Source: an uncultured Bacilli bacterium
Lineage (GTDB): Bacteria; Bacillota_I; Bacilli_A; ML615J-28; CAG-698
DNA length: 43,103 bases
Assembly: GCA_947627395.1 (NCBI GenBank)
Contig: CANQVW010000002.1
Span: forward strand, 1 to 43,103
Direction: 5' to 3'
The notes beneath the pieces were generated by a model. The model did not search any database. It worked only from the letters and a program-made list of their open reading frames with translations, and was not told the DNA's origin. Positions 19,376 to 28,881 of the stretch are shown here, one piece after another. The translations under genes and the position numbers were made by a program. Position 1 is the stretch's first letter, and every line of letters starts with the position of its first letter.

Positions 19376-20959
19376 TTGATTGTTCTCTTACAAGGAATCA
19401 TAAGTCTCGTTTTACTTTTTCTTGTTTTCCAATTTTTTATAGAAGGAAGTACTTTTTTCCAACAAGAACATTATCATTTTAAAAGATTTATTCATTTCTT
19501 TCGATGGTTTTATATTAAACAATGGTGGATTCATTTTGGATTACTCTTTTTACCAACACACTCTTTTTGGTATTTTGAACTTCCTTTTTTCTTTTATTTT
19601 CTTTATTTGTGTTTTCAAAGAAAAAAGAAAATTATTCCATTCAAATGGACCAAAAGAATGATTCGATTTTTTGCAATGTATATCATTTTTTTAACTTTAG
19701 TTACAATTCTATTTCTATTTCTTTATCCTAATTTCTTTGGATTACATCTTTCTTTATGGTGTTTTATTTATTTTTCTCCATTTCTTATCCTTTTCCTTGG
19801 ATTCTTTAGTGTTCCAATGGAACATTTCATTTCATTACACTATGCAAAAGAGACCAAAAAATATATTGAAACCTACCATCCTCATATTATTGGGATTACA
19901 GGGTCTTGTGGAAAAACAAGTATTAAACATCTATTGTATGAGACCATGAGACAAAATGAAGAAGTTTATATTTCTCCAAAATCCTATAATACCCTAAATG
20001 GTTTAAGTAAAACCATTCATGAAATTTACGAAAAGAGACCACAAAAAGATGTGAAACTTCTGTTAGAAATGGGCGCAAGTCATGTTCATGATATCGAAAA
20101 TATTGTGAAAAGAATGTCACCTAAAGATGTCTTTATCACGAGTATTTTGCCTCAACATTTAGAAAGTTTTAAAACAATGGAAAATTTAATCCATGAGAAA
20201 ATGCAAATTATTGCTGGAATGAAAAAGAATGGACTTATTATTGCTAACTACGATTATGAAGCGATTCGTAAAAATGTTCCTATTTTTGCTTCTAACAAAA
20301 ATGCAACGATTATTTCCTACTCAACCTTAGAGAATCGACCTTATGAAGTTTCTTTATTTAGTCAAGATATTGAAATTTCTTTAGAAAAAACAACCTTTAC
20401 TGTACAATATCACATTGAAAACAAAACAGGATCCTTTTTTATCTGCACACCATTACTTGGTAGGCAAGCTGTTGAAAATTTATTAGCAATCATTGGGTAT
20501 TTACTTTATCAAAATTATGATGTCTCATTCATTCAAAGTGAATTTGCCTGTTTAAAACCTTATCCTCATCGTTTAAGTAAAACCACTTATTTTAAAAATC
20601 ATAAACCAATCACAATTTTAGATGATGCTTATAACAGTAATGTTCAGGGTTTTCTTTATGCTTTGGAAGTTTTAAATACATCATCCAATATGAAAGTCTT
20701 AATTACACCTGGGATAGTTGAAGGCGGAGAAAAATCAAAAGAAATGAATGAAACTGTAGCGATGAAAATCATAGAAACAGTCGATTTAGTTATTTTGGTC
20801 TCGAATCCACTGATGGATATTTATATTCACTATTTTGAAAAAAATCATTTTTCAAAGTATATTGTTGCTTCATCCTTTCAAGAAGCCATTCATTTAGTAG
20901 AAGAAGAGGATATGACAATATTAATTGAAAATGACTTAACAGACAACTATTTTTTATAG
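19376..20959 (+). CDS. murF: Mur ligase family protein, MurF-like, with a polytopic membrane N-terminus
   Basis: GITGSCGKTSIKHLL P-loop, SYNTLNGLSKTI (compare NNxIGxPLT), EMGASHVHDIE, DDAYNSN. The first ~150 aa are hydrophobic. TTG start directly follows the upstream TAA. Confidence 0.75.
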   Translation: MIVLLQGIISLVLLFLVFQFFIEGSTFFQQEHYHFKRFIHFFRWFYIKQWWIHFGLLFLPTHSFWYFELPFFFYFLYLCFQRKKKIIPFKWTKRMIRFFAMYIIFLTLVTILFLFLYPNFFGLHLSLWCFIYFSPFLILFLGFFSVPMEHFISLHYAKETKKYIETYHPHIIGITGSCGKTSIKHLLYETMRQNEEVYISPKSYNTLNGLSKTIHEIYEKRPQKDVKLLLEMGASHVHDIENIVKRMSPKDVFITSILPQHLESFKTMENLIHEKMQIIAGMKKNGLIIANYDYEAIRKNVPIFASNKNATIISYSTLENRPYEVSLFSQDIEISLEKTTFTVQYHIENKTGSFFICTPLLGRQAVENLLAIIGYLLYQNYDVSFIQSEFACLKPYPHRLSKTTYFKNHKPITILDDAYNSNVQGFLYALEVLNTSSNMKVLITPGIVEGGEKSKEMNETVAMKIIETVDLVILVSNPLMDIYIHYFEKNHFSKYIVASSFQEAIHLVEEEDMTILIENDLTDNYFL

Positions 20960-20971
20960 GAGGGATTTTAA

Positions 20972-22066
20972 TTGAATGTTGCTGTTGTTTTTGGAGGAAA
21001 TACAGTCGAACATGAGATTTCAATTTTAACGGGAATTCAAGTTTTAAATTCTATTCATCCCAAGAAATATCATGTCATTCCCATTTTTTTAAACAAGTCC
21101 AATCAATTTATGATAGGTGAAAATTTTGATTGTGTTGATACGTTTCGCCGAAACGATGTGATTTTAGAGGAAGTGATGATAACACAAGCAGGGGTCAAAA
21201 AAAAGGGTAAATTTTCAAAAATAATTCCAATTGATGTTGTGATTAATGCTACCCATGGCTATGGATGTGAAAGTGGAGAACTTGCTGGCTTCTTTAGTAT
21301 TTTAAATATTCCCTACACTTCTAGTGATGTTTTAGCAGCAAGTATTGGTCAAGATAAAATTACATTCAAAAAGATACTAAATTATGACCATATTCCAACT
21401 CTTCCATTTTTGTCTTATGATGAAGAAGATTTTAAAACAAAAAAAGAAGAAATCATCCAAGAAGTAGAAACATTTAAGTATCCTGTGATTGTAAAACCAA
21501 GCAATTTAGGATCTAGTATTGGTATTAAAAAAGTGTTAGATCAAGAACAATTGCTTCTTGCTTTGCATCAGGCCTTTAAATATGACAAAAGAGTATTAAT
21601 TGAACCCATGTTAGAGTCTTTCCGCGAATTTAACTGTGCTGTTTTAGATCGCTTAACTTCAAGTGTGGAAGAAGTGATTACAAATCATTCTTTTCTAACC
21701 TTTGAAGATAAGTATGAATCCACAACCGAACATATTTTGCCAGCTCATATTTCGAATGATTTAGAAAATGAAATCATGGAACTTGCCAAAAAAGTTTATA
21801 AAACTATTCAAAATAAAGGAGTTTCGCGCATTGACTTTTTATATGACACACAAAACAATCAACTTTATGTCAATGAAATTAATACCATTCCAGGTTCACT
21901 TGCTTATTATTTATTTGAGGATAAAGGAATTTATTTTGATGAATTATTAGATATTTTAATTGAAAAAGCCATTCAAGAAGATTATTATCGTAAACAAAAA
22001 ATAAAAAGTTTTCCTTCCAATGCTTTAAATTTTCAAGGAAAACAAAGTAAATTAAAAATAAAATGA
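20972..22066 (+). CDS. ddl: D-alanine--D-alanine ligase
   Basis: VAVVFGGNTVEHEIS N-terminus and an ATP-grasp core (YPVIVKPSNLGSSIGI, EINTIPG). The omega-loop FEDKYES keeps the Tyr that is typical of D-Ala-D-Ala (not D-Lac) ligases. TTG start. Confidence 0.9.
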   Translation: MNVAVVFGGNTVEHEISILTGIQVLNSIHPKKYHVIPIFLNKSNQFMIGENFDCVDTFRRNDVILEEVMITQAGVKKKGKFSKIIPIDVVINATHGYGCESGELAGFFSILNIPYTSSDVLAASIGQDKITFKKILNYDHIPTLPFLSYDEEDFKTKKEEIIQEVETFKYPVIVKPSNLGSSIGIKKVLDQEQLLLALHQAFKYDKRVLIEPMLESFREFNCAVLDRLTSSVEEVITNHSFLTFEDKYESTTEHILPAHISNDLENEIMELAKKVYKTIQNKGVSRIDFLYDTQNNQLYVNEINTIPGSLAYYLFEDKGIYFDELLDILIEKAIQEDYYRKQKIKSFPSNALNFQGKQSKLKIK

Positions 22067-22096
22067 AAAGAGTGAAGCAACATCACTCTTTTTCTT
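22066..22096 (+). terminator. intrinsic terminator after ddl
   Basis: 9-bp stem AAAGAGTGA/TCACTCTTT followed by a T-run. Confidence 0.8.
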
Positions 22097-22170
22097 CTTG
22101 GTTTAAAACGCATTTTAAGGAAAAAATAAGACTATCGAAGTATAATAATATATCATTTAAGACATTATCA

Positions 22171-22199
22171 TTGAAAAAAAAGAAAAAATAAGCTATAAT
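22171..22199 (+). promoter_or_regulatory. promoter of the tilS operon
   Basis: TTGAAA, 17 nt, TATAAT, 24 nt upstream of the tilS ATG. Confidence 0.55.
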
Positions 22200-22222
22200 G
22201 AAATTAAGATAAGGAAAAGTTT

Positions 22223-23545
22223 ATGATTGAATTACTCAATGAATTAAAAGAAGTCTTACAAGGAAATACCATTGTTGTGGGAGTCTCTACTGGAGTTGAT
22301 TCCATGACGTTACTTTCTTTACTAGAAGAAGTTAAAAACAAGTTCAATTTTCATTTGGTTGTTGCTCACATCAATCATAAAAAAAGAGAACAATCAGAAG
22401 TTGAAGAAGAGTTTATCAAAACCTATTGTACGAAACATTATCTTACCTGTTATGTTCATCACCTAGATCATTATGATGCATCTTTTCAAGAACAAGCAAG
22501 AAAAGAAAGATTGGCGTTTTTTTACGAAGTGATGGAACAAGAAAAAAGCAAATATTTATTCTTAGCTCATCACTTAGATGACGATATGGAAACTATTTTC
22601 ATGCGCATAGCAAGAGGAAGTAGTCCCAAAGGATATTGTGGGATGGAAAAAATTACCTTATGGAAAGAAAATAAATGGATTGTAAGACCATTTTTAGAAA
22701 CAAGAAAACAAGAAATTACGACCTATGCAAACAATCATCATCTTACCTATTTTGAAGATGAAAGTAACAAGCAAGATGATTATACAAGGAATCGATTTCG
22801 TCATCATCTTCTTCCCTGGATCTTTGCAGAAAATCCCTCCTTCGATGATCAATTTTTAGAATTGAAACATCTTTTTGAATATACCTATCGTCAAATCAAA
22901 AAAGAATGCGAGTTGTTTATAGATCAATTTGTAAGAAAAAAGAATGGATATTGGATCCCAGTTTCTTCCTTTTTAGCTGAGCCTAAGATGATTCAAGAAG
23001 AAATTTTATTTACATTATTCAAAGAGTATCATTTATCGAAAAAGAATGTAGAGGAAATCATTCAATATTTTCATAGTTCTCGCTCTTTAAATCTTCATTA
23101 TAAAGGTCTTCATTTTATGAAACAATATGACCAAATGAGGATTTGTGATGGTATAAAACTTTTCTCTTTTGAACAAATGATTGATCATGCAGGAATCTAT
23201 CCAATTGATGATCATCGTACGTTAATTGTTACCTTTGAAGATTTTTACCAAGATGAGAAAAAAAATATAAATAATCTTACCAATTTATCTATTGTGTGGT
23301 ATAATAAAGTAGATTTGCCTTTAAAAATTAGAACAAGAAAAAAAGGGGATCGAATAAAGCTAAAAAATGGAACAAGAAAGATTAAGGATATTTTTATAGA
23401 TGAAAAAATTTCATATGAAGATCGTGAAAACGCCATCCTTTTAGAAGGAGCTGAAATATTAGCTGTTTTTGGAATTAAAAAAAGTATTACATTACAAAGA
23501 TGTCAAGAAAAAAATATGAAGTTAGAATTGAGGGAGAATAAATGA
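22223..23545 (+). CDS. tilS: tRNA(Ile)-lysidine synthase
   Basis: PP-loop VGVSTGVDSMTLL, then LAHHLDDDMETIFMR. Conserved tilS-hpt-ftsH order. Confidence 0.9.
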   Translation: MIELLNELKEVLQGNTIVVGVSTGVDSMTLLSLLEEVKNKFNFHLVVAHINHKKREQSEVEEEFIKTYCTKHYLTCYVHHLDHYDASFQEQARKERLAFFYEVMEQEKSKYLFLAHHLDDDMETIFMRIARGSSPKGYCGMEKITLWKENKWIVRPFLETRKQEITTYANNHHLTYFEDESNKQDDYTRNRFRHHLLPWIFAENPSFDDQFLELKHLFEYTYRQIKKECELFIDQFVRKKNGYWIPVSSFLAEPKMIQEEILFTLFKEYHLSKKNVEEIIQYFHSSRSLNLHYKGLHFMKQYDQMRICDGIKLFSFEQMIDHAGIYPIDDHRTLIVTFEDFYQDEKKNINNLTNLSIVWYNKVDLPLKIRTRKKGDRIKLKNGTRKIKDIFIDEKISYEDRENAILLEGAEILAVFGIKKSITLQRCQEKNMKLELRENK

Positions 23546-24087
23546 CATTACATCCAGATGTGGAAAAAGTATTGATCTCACAAGAAGAAATTGAATCCAA
23601 GTGTAAAGAACTTGCAAAAAAAATTAGTGAAGACTATGCAGGAAAGATTCCCATTGTCATTGGCTTACTAAAAGGTGCTGTTCCTTTCATGGCAGAACTG
23701 ATGAAACACATTACTTGTTCTATACAAATTGATTTTTTGGATGTTTCTAGTTATGATGGAGTAAAATCAACTGGAAAGGTTCATATTCGTCGTGATATTG
23801 TAACAGATGTTTTGAATCGTGATGTTTTATTTGTTGAAGATATTATTGATACTGGATTGACTTTAAGTGAAGTCATGAAAGAGTTTAAAAGTCGGGGTGC
23901 ACGCTCTATAGAAGTGGTAACACTTGTCGATAAACCTGAAGGAAGAACCGTAAGTGATGTGACCCCTAAGTACATTGGATATTACATTCCCAATAAATTT
24001 GTTGTGGGATTTGGTTTAGATTATAATGAAATCTATCGCAATTTACCATATATTGGTATTTTAAAGCGTTCAGTATATGAAAAATAA
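23542..24087 (+). CDS. hpt: hypoxanthine phosphoribosyltransferase
   Basis: PRPP motif VLFVEDIIDTGLTL and FVVGFGLDY. ATGA overlap with tilS. Confidence 0.93.
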   Translation: MTLHPDVEKVLISQEEIESKCKELAKKISEDYAGKIPIVIGLLKGAVPFMAELMKHITCSIQIDFLDVSSYDGVKSTGKVHIRRDIVTDVLNRDVLFVEDIIDTGLTLSEVMKEFKSRGARSIEVVTLVDKPEGRTVSDVTPKYIGYYIPNKFVVGFGLDYNEIYRNLPYIGILKRSVYEK

Positions 24088-24101
24088 AAAGGAGGAAATA
24101 C

Positions 24102-26090
24102 ATGGCACAACCAAATGGAAAAAAAGGATTTCGCGTTAGAGATTTACTTGCAATTTTGTTGATTGTTGCACTGGTGATTGGTATTTTTACGGCCATTTAC
24201 AACTCAGTCACAAAACCTGATGATTGGGAAATTGGTGAATTTTGGGAAAATATTCAAGAAGGAAATGTGAAAAAAATGGAGGCAACTCCTGTTGGTAGTG
24301 GTGGAAATGCAAAATTATACACTATTGTTGGTATATATGAACAAGGTGAAAAAAGTGGACGTTTCAGTATTATTGTTACGGATGAAACCATTGAACAATT
24401 ACAAGAACTGTTAAAAGAACCAGGTACGTTTAGTCCTTTCACATTAGAATTAAAAGAACTCGTTACCATTGACTGGTTAAGTATTATTACGATGGTTATT
24501 ATTCCCATTGCAATGATTGTCTTTTTAATTATGATTTTTCGTAATGCTGGTGGAAGTAATAACAAAGCGTTTGACTTTGCGAAAAGTAGAGCGAAATTAA
24601 ATCGCTCCACAACAACAACCTTTAAGAATGTTGCTGGTGCAGATGAAGAAAAAGAGGAAATGCAAGAAATCATTGATTTCTTGAAAAATCCGCAAAAATA
24701 TTATGAAATAGGGGCAAGAATTCCCAAAGGGGTTTTACTTGTAGGACCTCCAGGAACAGGTAAAACTTTGCTAGCTAGAGCTGTTGCTGGGGAAGCAAAA
24801 GTTCCATTTTACTCCATTTCTGGTAGTGATTTTGTGGAAATGTTTGTTGGTGTTGGTGCAAGCCGTGTTCGTGACATGTTTAAAACAGCCAAACAAACCG
24901 CTCCTTGTATTGTCTTCATTGATGAAATTGATGCCGTAGGACGTCAAAGAGGTGCTGGTCTTGGTGGAGGTCATGACGAAAGAGAACAAACACTGAACCA
25001 ATTACTTGTTGAGATGGATGGATTTGGTGATAATTCAGGAATTATTGTCATGGCAGCAACCAACCGTCCTGATGTCTTAGACCCAGCTTTACTACGTCCA
25101 GGACGTTTTGATCGTCAAATTACAATGAGCAATCCAGATGCTAAAGCCCGTGTTGAAATCTTACAAGTTCATGCAAGAAATAAAAAATTATCTCCTAAAA
25201 TAAATTTAGAAGATGTTTCCAAGAGAACTCCAGGATTTAGTGGAGCTGATTTAGAGAATTTACTCAATGAAGCTGCACTTCTTGCTGCAAGAGAAAATCG
25301 TAAAGAAATTAAGATTTATGATATTGATGAAGCCATTGATAGAGTCATGATGGGACCTGCAAAGAGAAGTCGTCGTTATTCTGAAGAAGAAAAACGTATG
25401 GTTTCCTTCCATGAAGCTGGTCATGCGATTATCGGTGTTAAATTAGACAATGCAGAAACTGTACAAAAAGTAACGATTGTCCCTCGTGGTCAAGCTGGTG
25501 GATACGCCATGATGACTCCTGATAAAGAAACATTCTTACAAACCAAAACACAATTGGTTGATACCATTACAGGAGGACGTGTTTCAGAAGAATTATTTAT
25601 TGGCGATATCTCTACGGGAGCTCACAACGACTTCCAAAAAGCAACAGCGATTGCAAGAGCAATGGTTACAGAATATGGTATGAGTCGCTTAGGACCTATT
25701 CAATATGAGCGTCAAACAGGTTCTGTCTTCTTAGGTCGTGATTATATGTCAGATAAAAACTTTTCTGACCAGGTTGCTTTAGAAATTGATAATGAAGTTC
25801 GTGCTATTATTGAAGATTGCTATGAAAAAGCAAAACAAGTTTTAAGTGAAAATCGTGAGCTTGTTGCTTTGATTGCAAAACATTTAATGGAAATTGAAAC
25901 CCTAACTAAAGAAGATATTTACGAACTTGTAAATACAGGTCAACTAAGTTGGTGGGAAAAGAAAAAGGCCAAAGATGAAGCTGAAAAAATAGCTAAAGAA
26001 AAAGAAGCAGAATTAGAAGATATCTATCGTAGACAAATTGAAGCGATGGAACAATCTAAAAAAACGGATTCTGGAAATAGTGGATCATGA
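24102..26090 (+). CDS. ftsH: ATP-dependent zinc metalloprotease FtsH
   Basis: [20 protein letters not shown], the PGRFDR second region of homology, and the HEAGHA zinc site. Two TM segments at the N-terminus. Confidence 0.97.
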   Translation: MAQPNGKKGFRVRDLLAILLIVALVIGIFTAIYNSVTKPDDWEIGEFWENIQEGNVKKMEATPVGSGGNAKLYTIVGIYEQGEKSGRFSIIVTDETIEQLQELLKEPGTFSPFTLELKELVTIDWLSIITMVIIPIAMIVFLIMIFRNAGGSNNKAFDFAKSRAKLNRSTTTTFKNVAGADEEKEEMQEIIDFLKNPQKYYEIGARIPKGVLLVGPPGTGKTLLARAVAGEAKVPFYSISGSDFVEMFVGVGASRVRDMFKTAKQTAPCIVFIDEIDAVGRQRGAGLGGGHDEREQTLNQLLVEMDGFGDNSGIIVMAATNRPDVLDPALLRPGRFDRQITMSNPDAKARVEILQVHARNKKLSPKINLEDVSKRTPGFSGADLENLLNEAALLAARENRKEIKIYDIDEAIDRVMMGPAKRSRRYSEEEKRMVSFHEAGHAIIGVKLDNAETVQKVTIVPRGQAGGYAMMTPDKETFLQTKTQLVDTITGGRVSEELFIGDISTGAHNDFQKATAIARAMVTEYGMSRLGPIQYERQTGSVFLGRDYMSDKNFSDQVALEIDNEVRAIIEDCYEKAKQVLSENRELVALIAKHLMEIETLTKEDIYELVNTGQLSWWEKKKAKDEAEKIAKEKEAELEDIYRRQIEAMEQSKKTDSGNSGS

Positions 26091-26341
26091 GATTGGACAA
26101 ATATTTAAAAGTCTCACGAATTATTAAAAGACGTACTGTTGCTCATGATGCAGCAAATCAAGAAAAAATATTGGTCAATGGAAAAACGGCTAAACCATCA
26201 ACGGATGTTAAAATTGGAGATAGGATTACCATTCAATATTTCAAAAAAAAGATGGATGTGAAAGTGTTGGCACTTCTTGCCTCAACGAAAAAAGAGGATG
26301 CTGAACAAATGTATGAAATCATACAAATAGAAGAAAACTAG
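26087..26341 (+). CDS. S4-domain RNA-binding protein (YabO/Hsp15-like)
   Basis: [19 protein letters not shown]...[16 protein letters not shown] is a typical S4 fold signature. ATGA overlap with ftsH. Confidence 0.85.
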   Translation: MRLDKYLKVSRIIKRRTVAHDAANQEKILVNGKTAKPSTDVKIGDRITIQYFKKKMDVKVLALLASTKKEDAEQMYEIIQIEEN

Positions 26342-26352
26342 AGGGGAAACAA

Positions 26353-27654
26353 ATGAAAAAAGGTTTAAAAATTGCCATTATTGGTTCTGGGTCTACGTAT
26401 ACACCAGAGTTAATTGAAGGCTTGATTAATAAAAAGAAAGAACTTCCATTAGAAGAATTATACTTAATGGACATTGATGAAAGAAAACGTAATATTGTTG
26501 GTGATTTGTGTATTCGTATGATTCAAGCAGCGGATATGAAAACAAAGATTGTGAAAACTGATTCATTAGAAGATTCCTTAAAAGGAGCAGATTTTGTTTT
26601 AGCACAAATTCGCGTTGGAAAATTACCTGCTCGTATTTTAGATGAAAAGATTCCTTTAAAGTATCATTTGATCGGGCAAGAAACCAATGGTATTGGTGGA
26701 TTCTTTAAAGGGATGAGAACCATTCCTGAAATCTTAAAGATTGCGAAAAAAATGGAAGAATTATGTCCTGATGCTTGGTTAATTAACTTCTCAAATCCAA
26801 GTGGTATGATTGCGGAAGCAGTTTTAAATCATTCTCCAATTAAAATGATGGGATTATGTAATGTTCCTATTAATACCATTGATAGTATTCGTAAACAAAT
26901 GAATTTACCTCATGCTTATGTTGAATACTTAGGATTAAACCACTTAGCATGGGTAACAAGAATTGAACAAGATGGAAAAGATTATTTACAAGATGCTATT
27001 ACCATGGGATTAAATAGTGCCAATATGAAAAATATTCCAACTCTTGGATTTAGTCGTGAATTAATTCAAACTGTTGGCGCCATTCCAACTTGTTATTTAG
27101 AGTATTATTATCATAAAGATTCAAAGTTAGATCACTGCTTACATGCTGAGAAATGTCGTGCTGAAGTTTGCTTAGAAATTGAAGAAAGATTGTTACAAAT
27201 TTATTCCAATAGTGAATTACATGTAAAACCTGAAGAATTAAGTAAACGTGGCGGTGCTCGTTATTCTGAAGCAGCAATTAATTTAGTGGATGCGATTTAC
27301 AATGATAAAAAAGAAGTTCATGTTGTCAACATCTTAAATCAAGGTGCAATTCCATTCATGGGAGATCATGATGCTGTTGAAATATGTGCAACCATTGGTA
27401 AAGATGGAGCAACACCAATTATGACAAATTATCATAATGAGCATATTGAAGAATTAATGCATGTTATGAAAGCTTATGAAAAACATGCTGTAAAAGCAGC
27501 TATTACGGGAGATATTGATGAAGCAATGAGAGCATTGATGATTAATCCACTTGTTTTTGATCATCAAGCTGCATGGGATTGCTTCCATGAATTGTTAGAA
27601 GCACATCAAAAATATCTTCCTCAATTTGCGAAATATTTAAAAAAGAATCAATAG
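26353..27654 (+). CDS. family 4 glycoside hydrolase (6-phospho-beta-glucosidase type)
   Basis: IAIIGSGSTYTPELIEGL NAD-binding start, then GQETNGIGG and MGLCNVPI, typical of GH4 (CelF/ChbF-like). Confidence 0.88.
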   Translation: MKKGLKIAIIGSGSTYTPELIEGLINKKKELPLEELYLMDIDERKRNIVGDLCIRMIQAADMKTKIVKTDSLEDSLKGADFVLAQIRVGKLPARILDEKIPLKYHLIGQETNGIGGFFKGMRTIPEILKIAKKMEELCPDAWLINFSNPSGMIAEAVLNHSPIKMMGLCNVPINTIDSIRKQMNLPHAYVEYLGLNHLAWVTRIEQDGKDYLQDAITMGLNSANMKNIPTLGFSRELIQTVGAIPTCYLEYYYHKDSKLDHCLHAEKCRAEVCLEIEERLLQIYSNSELHVKPEELSKRGGARYSEAAINLVDAIYNDKKEVHVVNILNQGAIPFMGDHDAVEICATIGKDGATPIMTNYHNEHIEELMHVMKAYEKHAVKAAITGDIDEAMRALMINPLVFDHQAAWDCFHELLEAHQKYLPQFAKYLKKNQ

Positions 27655-27663
27655 AGGTATTTC

Positions 27664-28698
27664 ATGGGATACATTTTAGGTGTAGATGGAGGAAATACCA
27701 AAACAGATTATTATTTATATAACACAAGTTTGTGTAACACAAATCTGTGTTGTACAAATCAGGGTTTAATAGGGATGTATCGTGGAGGAACTTGTTCACA
27801 CGAAGGTTTAAAAGATAGCTTTGCTGGAACCTATCGTGTTATGAAACAAGTCTTAGATGAATTTCTTCCTCAATATGGTTTAAAAGTATCAGATATTGAA
27901 GCTGCATGTTTTGGTCTTGCTGGGGATGACTTTCCCTCTCAACAAAAAAAATTAGATGAAGTCATGGTTCGTCTTGGATTTAAAAACTTCAAAGTTGTCA
28001 ATGATTCTATGTTAGGAATTAAAGCAGGGACCACCAATGGAGTTGGGGTTTGTTCTATCAATGGAACAGGGACAGTAGCTGGGGGAATTGGTTTAGATGG
28101 AAAGACGATACAAGTCGGTGGTATTGGTGAGATTGTTGGGGATGAAGCAGGTGGTCGTTTCATTGCTCGTAAAGTCATTCGTGCCGCTTTTGATGAAGTC
28201 ATGAGATGTGGCATTAAAACTTCTCTAACCCCCATTGTGTTCAATTTATTGAATCTTGAAAAACCAGAACTTTTAATGGAAAGCATTGCTGAAGTGTACT
28301 TAACAGGTAAAGTCGATTATAATATATTAACCATTGCTTGTTTTGAGGAAGCAAATAAACAAGATGAAGCTTCCCTGACTATTTTAAAAACAATGGCCGA
28401 TAATTTAGCAAGAAGTGCTTCGGGAGCCGTTTTACATTTAAATTTACCGCCACACCCGGAAATTGTTTTAGCGGGTAGTGTTTATGTTAAAGGAAGTTGT
28501 CCTGTTTTAATTGATGAATTCAAGAAAAAAGTTAAAGAATATACAAAAAAAGATTGCGACATTAAAGTCTTAACTGTTCCACCTGCAACAGGTGCCATCA
28601 TTTGGGCTCTAGAATTGTATCAAGGATCTTATCCAACATTAAATGTTCGTCAATCAATCATTGAAGAAGTAAAGAAAGCTTTAGAAGATCAAAAATAG
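27664..28698 (+). CDS. BadF/BadG/BcrA/BcrD-type ATPase (N-acetylglucosamine kinase-like)
   Basis: ILGVDGGNTKTDY phosphate-1 motif, then INGTGTVAGG and LAGSVY. Contains an in-frame repeat insert at 27731-27775. Confidence 0.8.
   Translation: MGYILGVDGGNTKTDYYLYNTSLCNTNLCCTNQGLIGMYRGGTCSHEGLKDSFAGTYRVMKQVLDEFLPQYGLKVSDIEAACFGLAGDDFPSQQKKLDEVMVRLGFKNFKVVNDSMLGIKAGTTNGVGVCSINGTGTVAGGIGLDGKTIQVGGIGEIVGDEAGGRFIARKVIRAAFDEVMRCGIKTSLTPIVFNLLNLEKPELLMESIAEVYLTGKVDYNILTIACFEEANKQDEASLTILKTMADNLARSASGAVLHLNLPPHPEIVLAGSVYVKGSCPVLIDEFKKKVKEYTKKDCDIKVLTVPPATGAIIWALELYQGSYPTLNVRQSIIEEVKKALEDQK
27731..27775 (+). repeat. about 2.7 copies of a 15-bp tandem repeat inside the kinase CDS
   Basis: AACACAAGTTTGTGT / AACACAAATCTGTGT / TGTACAAATCAGGGT. 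Units 1 and 2 match at 13/15. Each is a near-palindrome (ACACAA-N2-TTGTGT). The repeat is in frame and encodes NTSLC NTNLC CTNQG. Confidence 0.85.
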
Positions 28699-28782
28699 AA
28701 TTTGTCAAGAACTCCACTAAAAAAGTCATTAGTAGGATTTTTGATAAGTGGATCAAATCAGTAAATTTTTTAACAATGCTAA

Positions 28783-28809
28783 AAAGAGGTTGATGCCTCT
28801 TTTTATTTT
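28783..28809 (+). terminator. intrinsic terminator ending the tilS...kinase operon
   Basis: Stem AAAGAGG/CCTCTTT followed by a T-run. Confidence 0.75.
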
Positions 28810-28853
28810 AATGAAACATTTTTCATAAAAAAAGTGAAATTTATCGCAAGGTG

Positions 28854-28862
28854 TGGTATACT
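28854..28862 (+). promoter_or_regulatory. extended -10 element upstream of maf
   Basis: TGGTATACT, 20 nt upstream of ATG 28882. Confidence 0.4.
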
Positions 28863-28881
28863 TATCTTAGGTGATGGTTTT

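Noticed and set aside
24254-24673. Long antisense ORFs in the track. Examples: 24254-24673 and 24771-25001 opposite ftsH, 9638-9973 opposite sufC, 27939-28286 opposite the kinase, 5018-5320, 5552-5815 and 5903-6169 opposite the ABC genes, and 746-958, 3930-4151, 8968-9410, 13871-14062, 19923-20120, 23245-23436 and 23781-24196.
   Set aside because: Each lies entirely inside a gene with strong family motifs on the other strand. They lack an RBS and have low-complexity or odd composition. They are typical shadow ORFs.
28834-28881. GTG-initiated 16-codon N-terminal extension of the Maf fusion (MKFIARCGILILGDGF).
   Set aside because: The extension lies upstream of or across the likely extended -10 (28854-28862). 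ATG 28882 has an AGGTGA RBS and begins with the canonical Maf start LILGSQSPRR.
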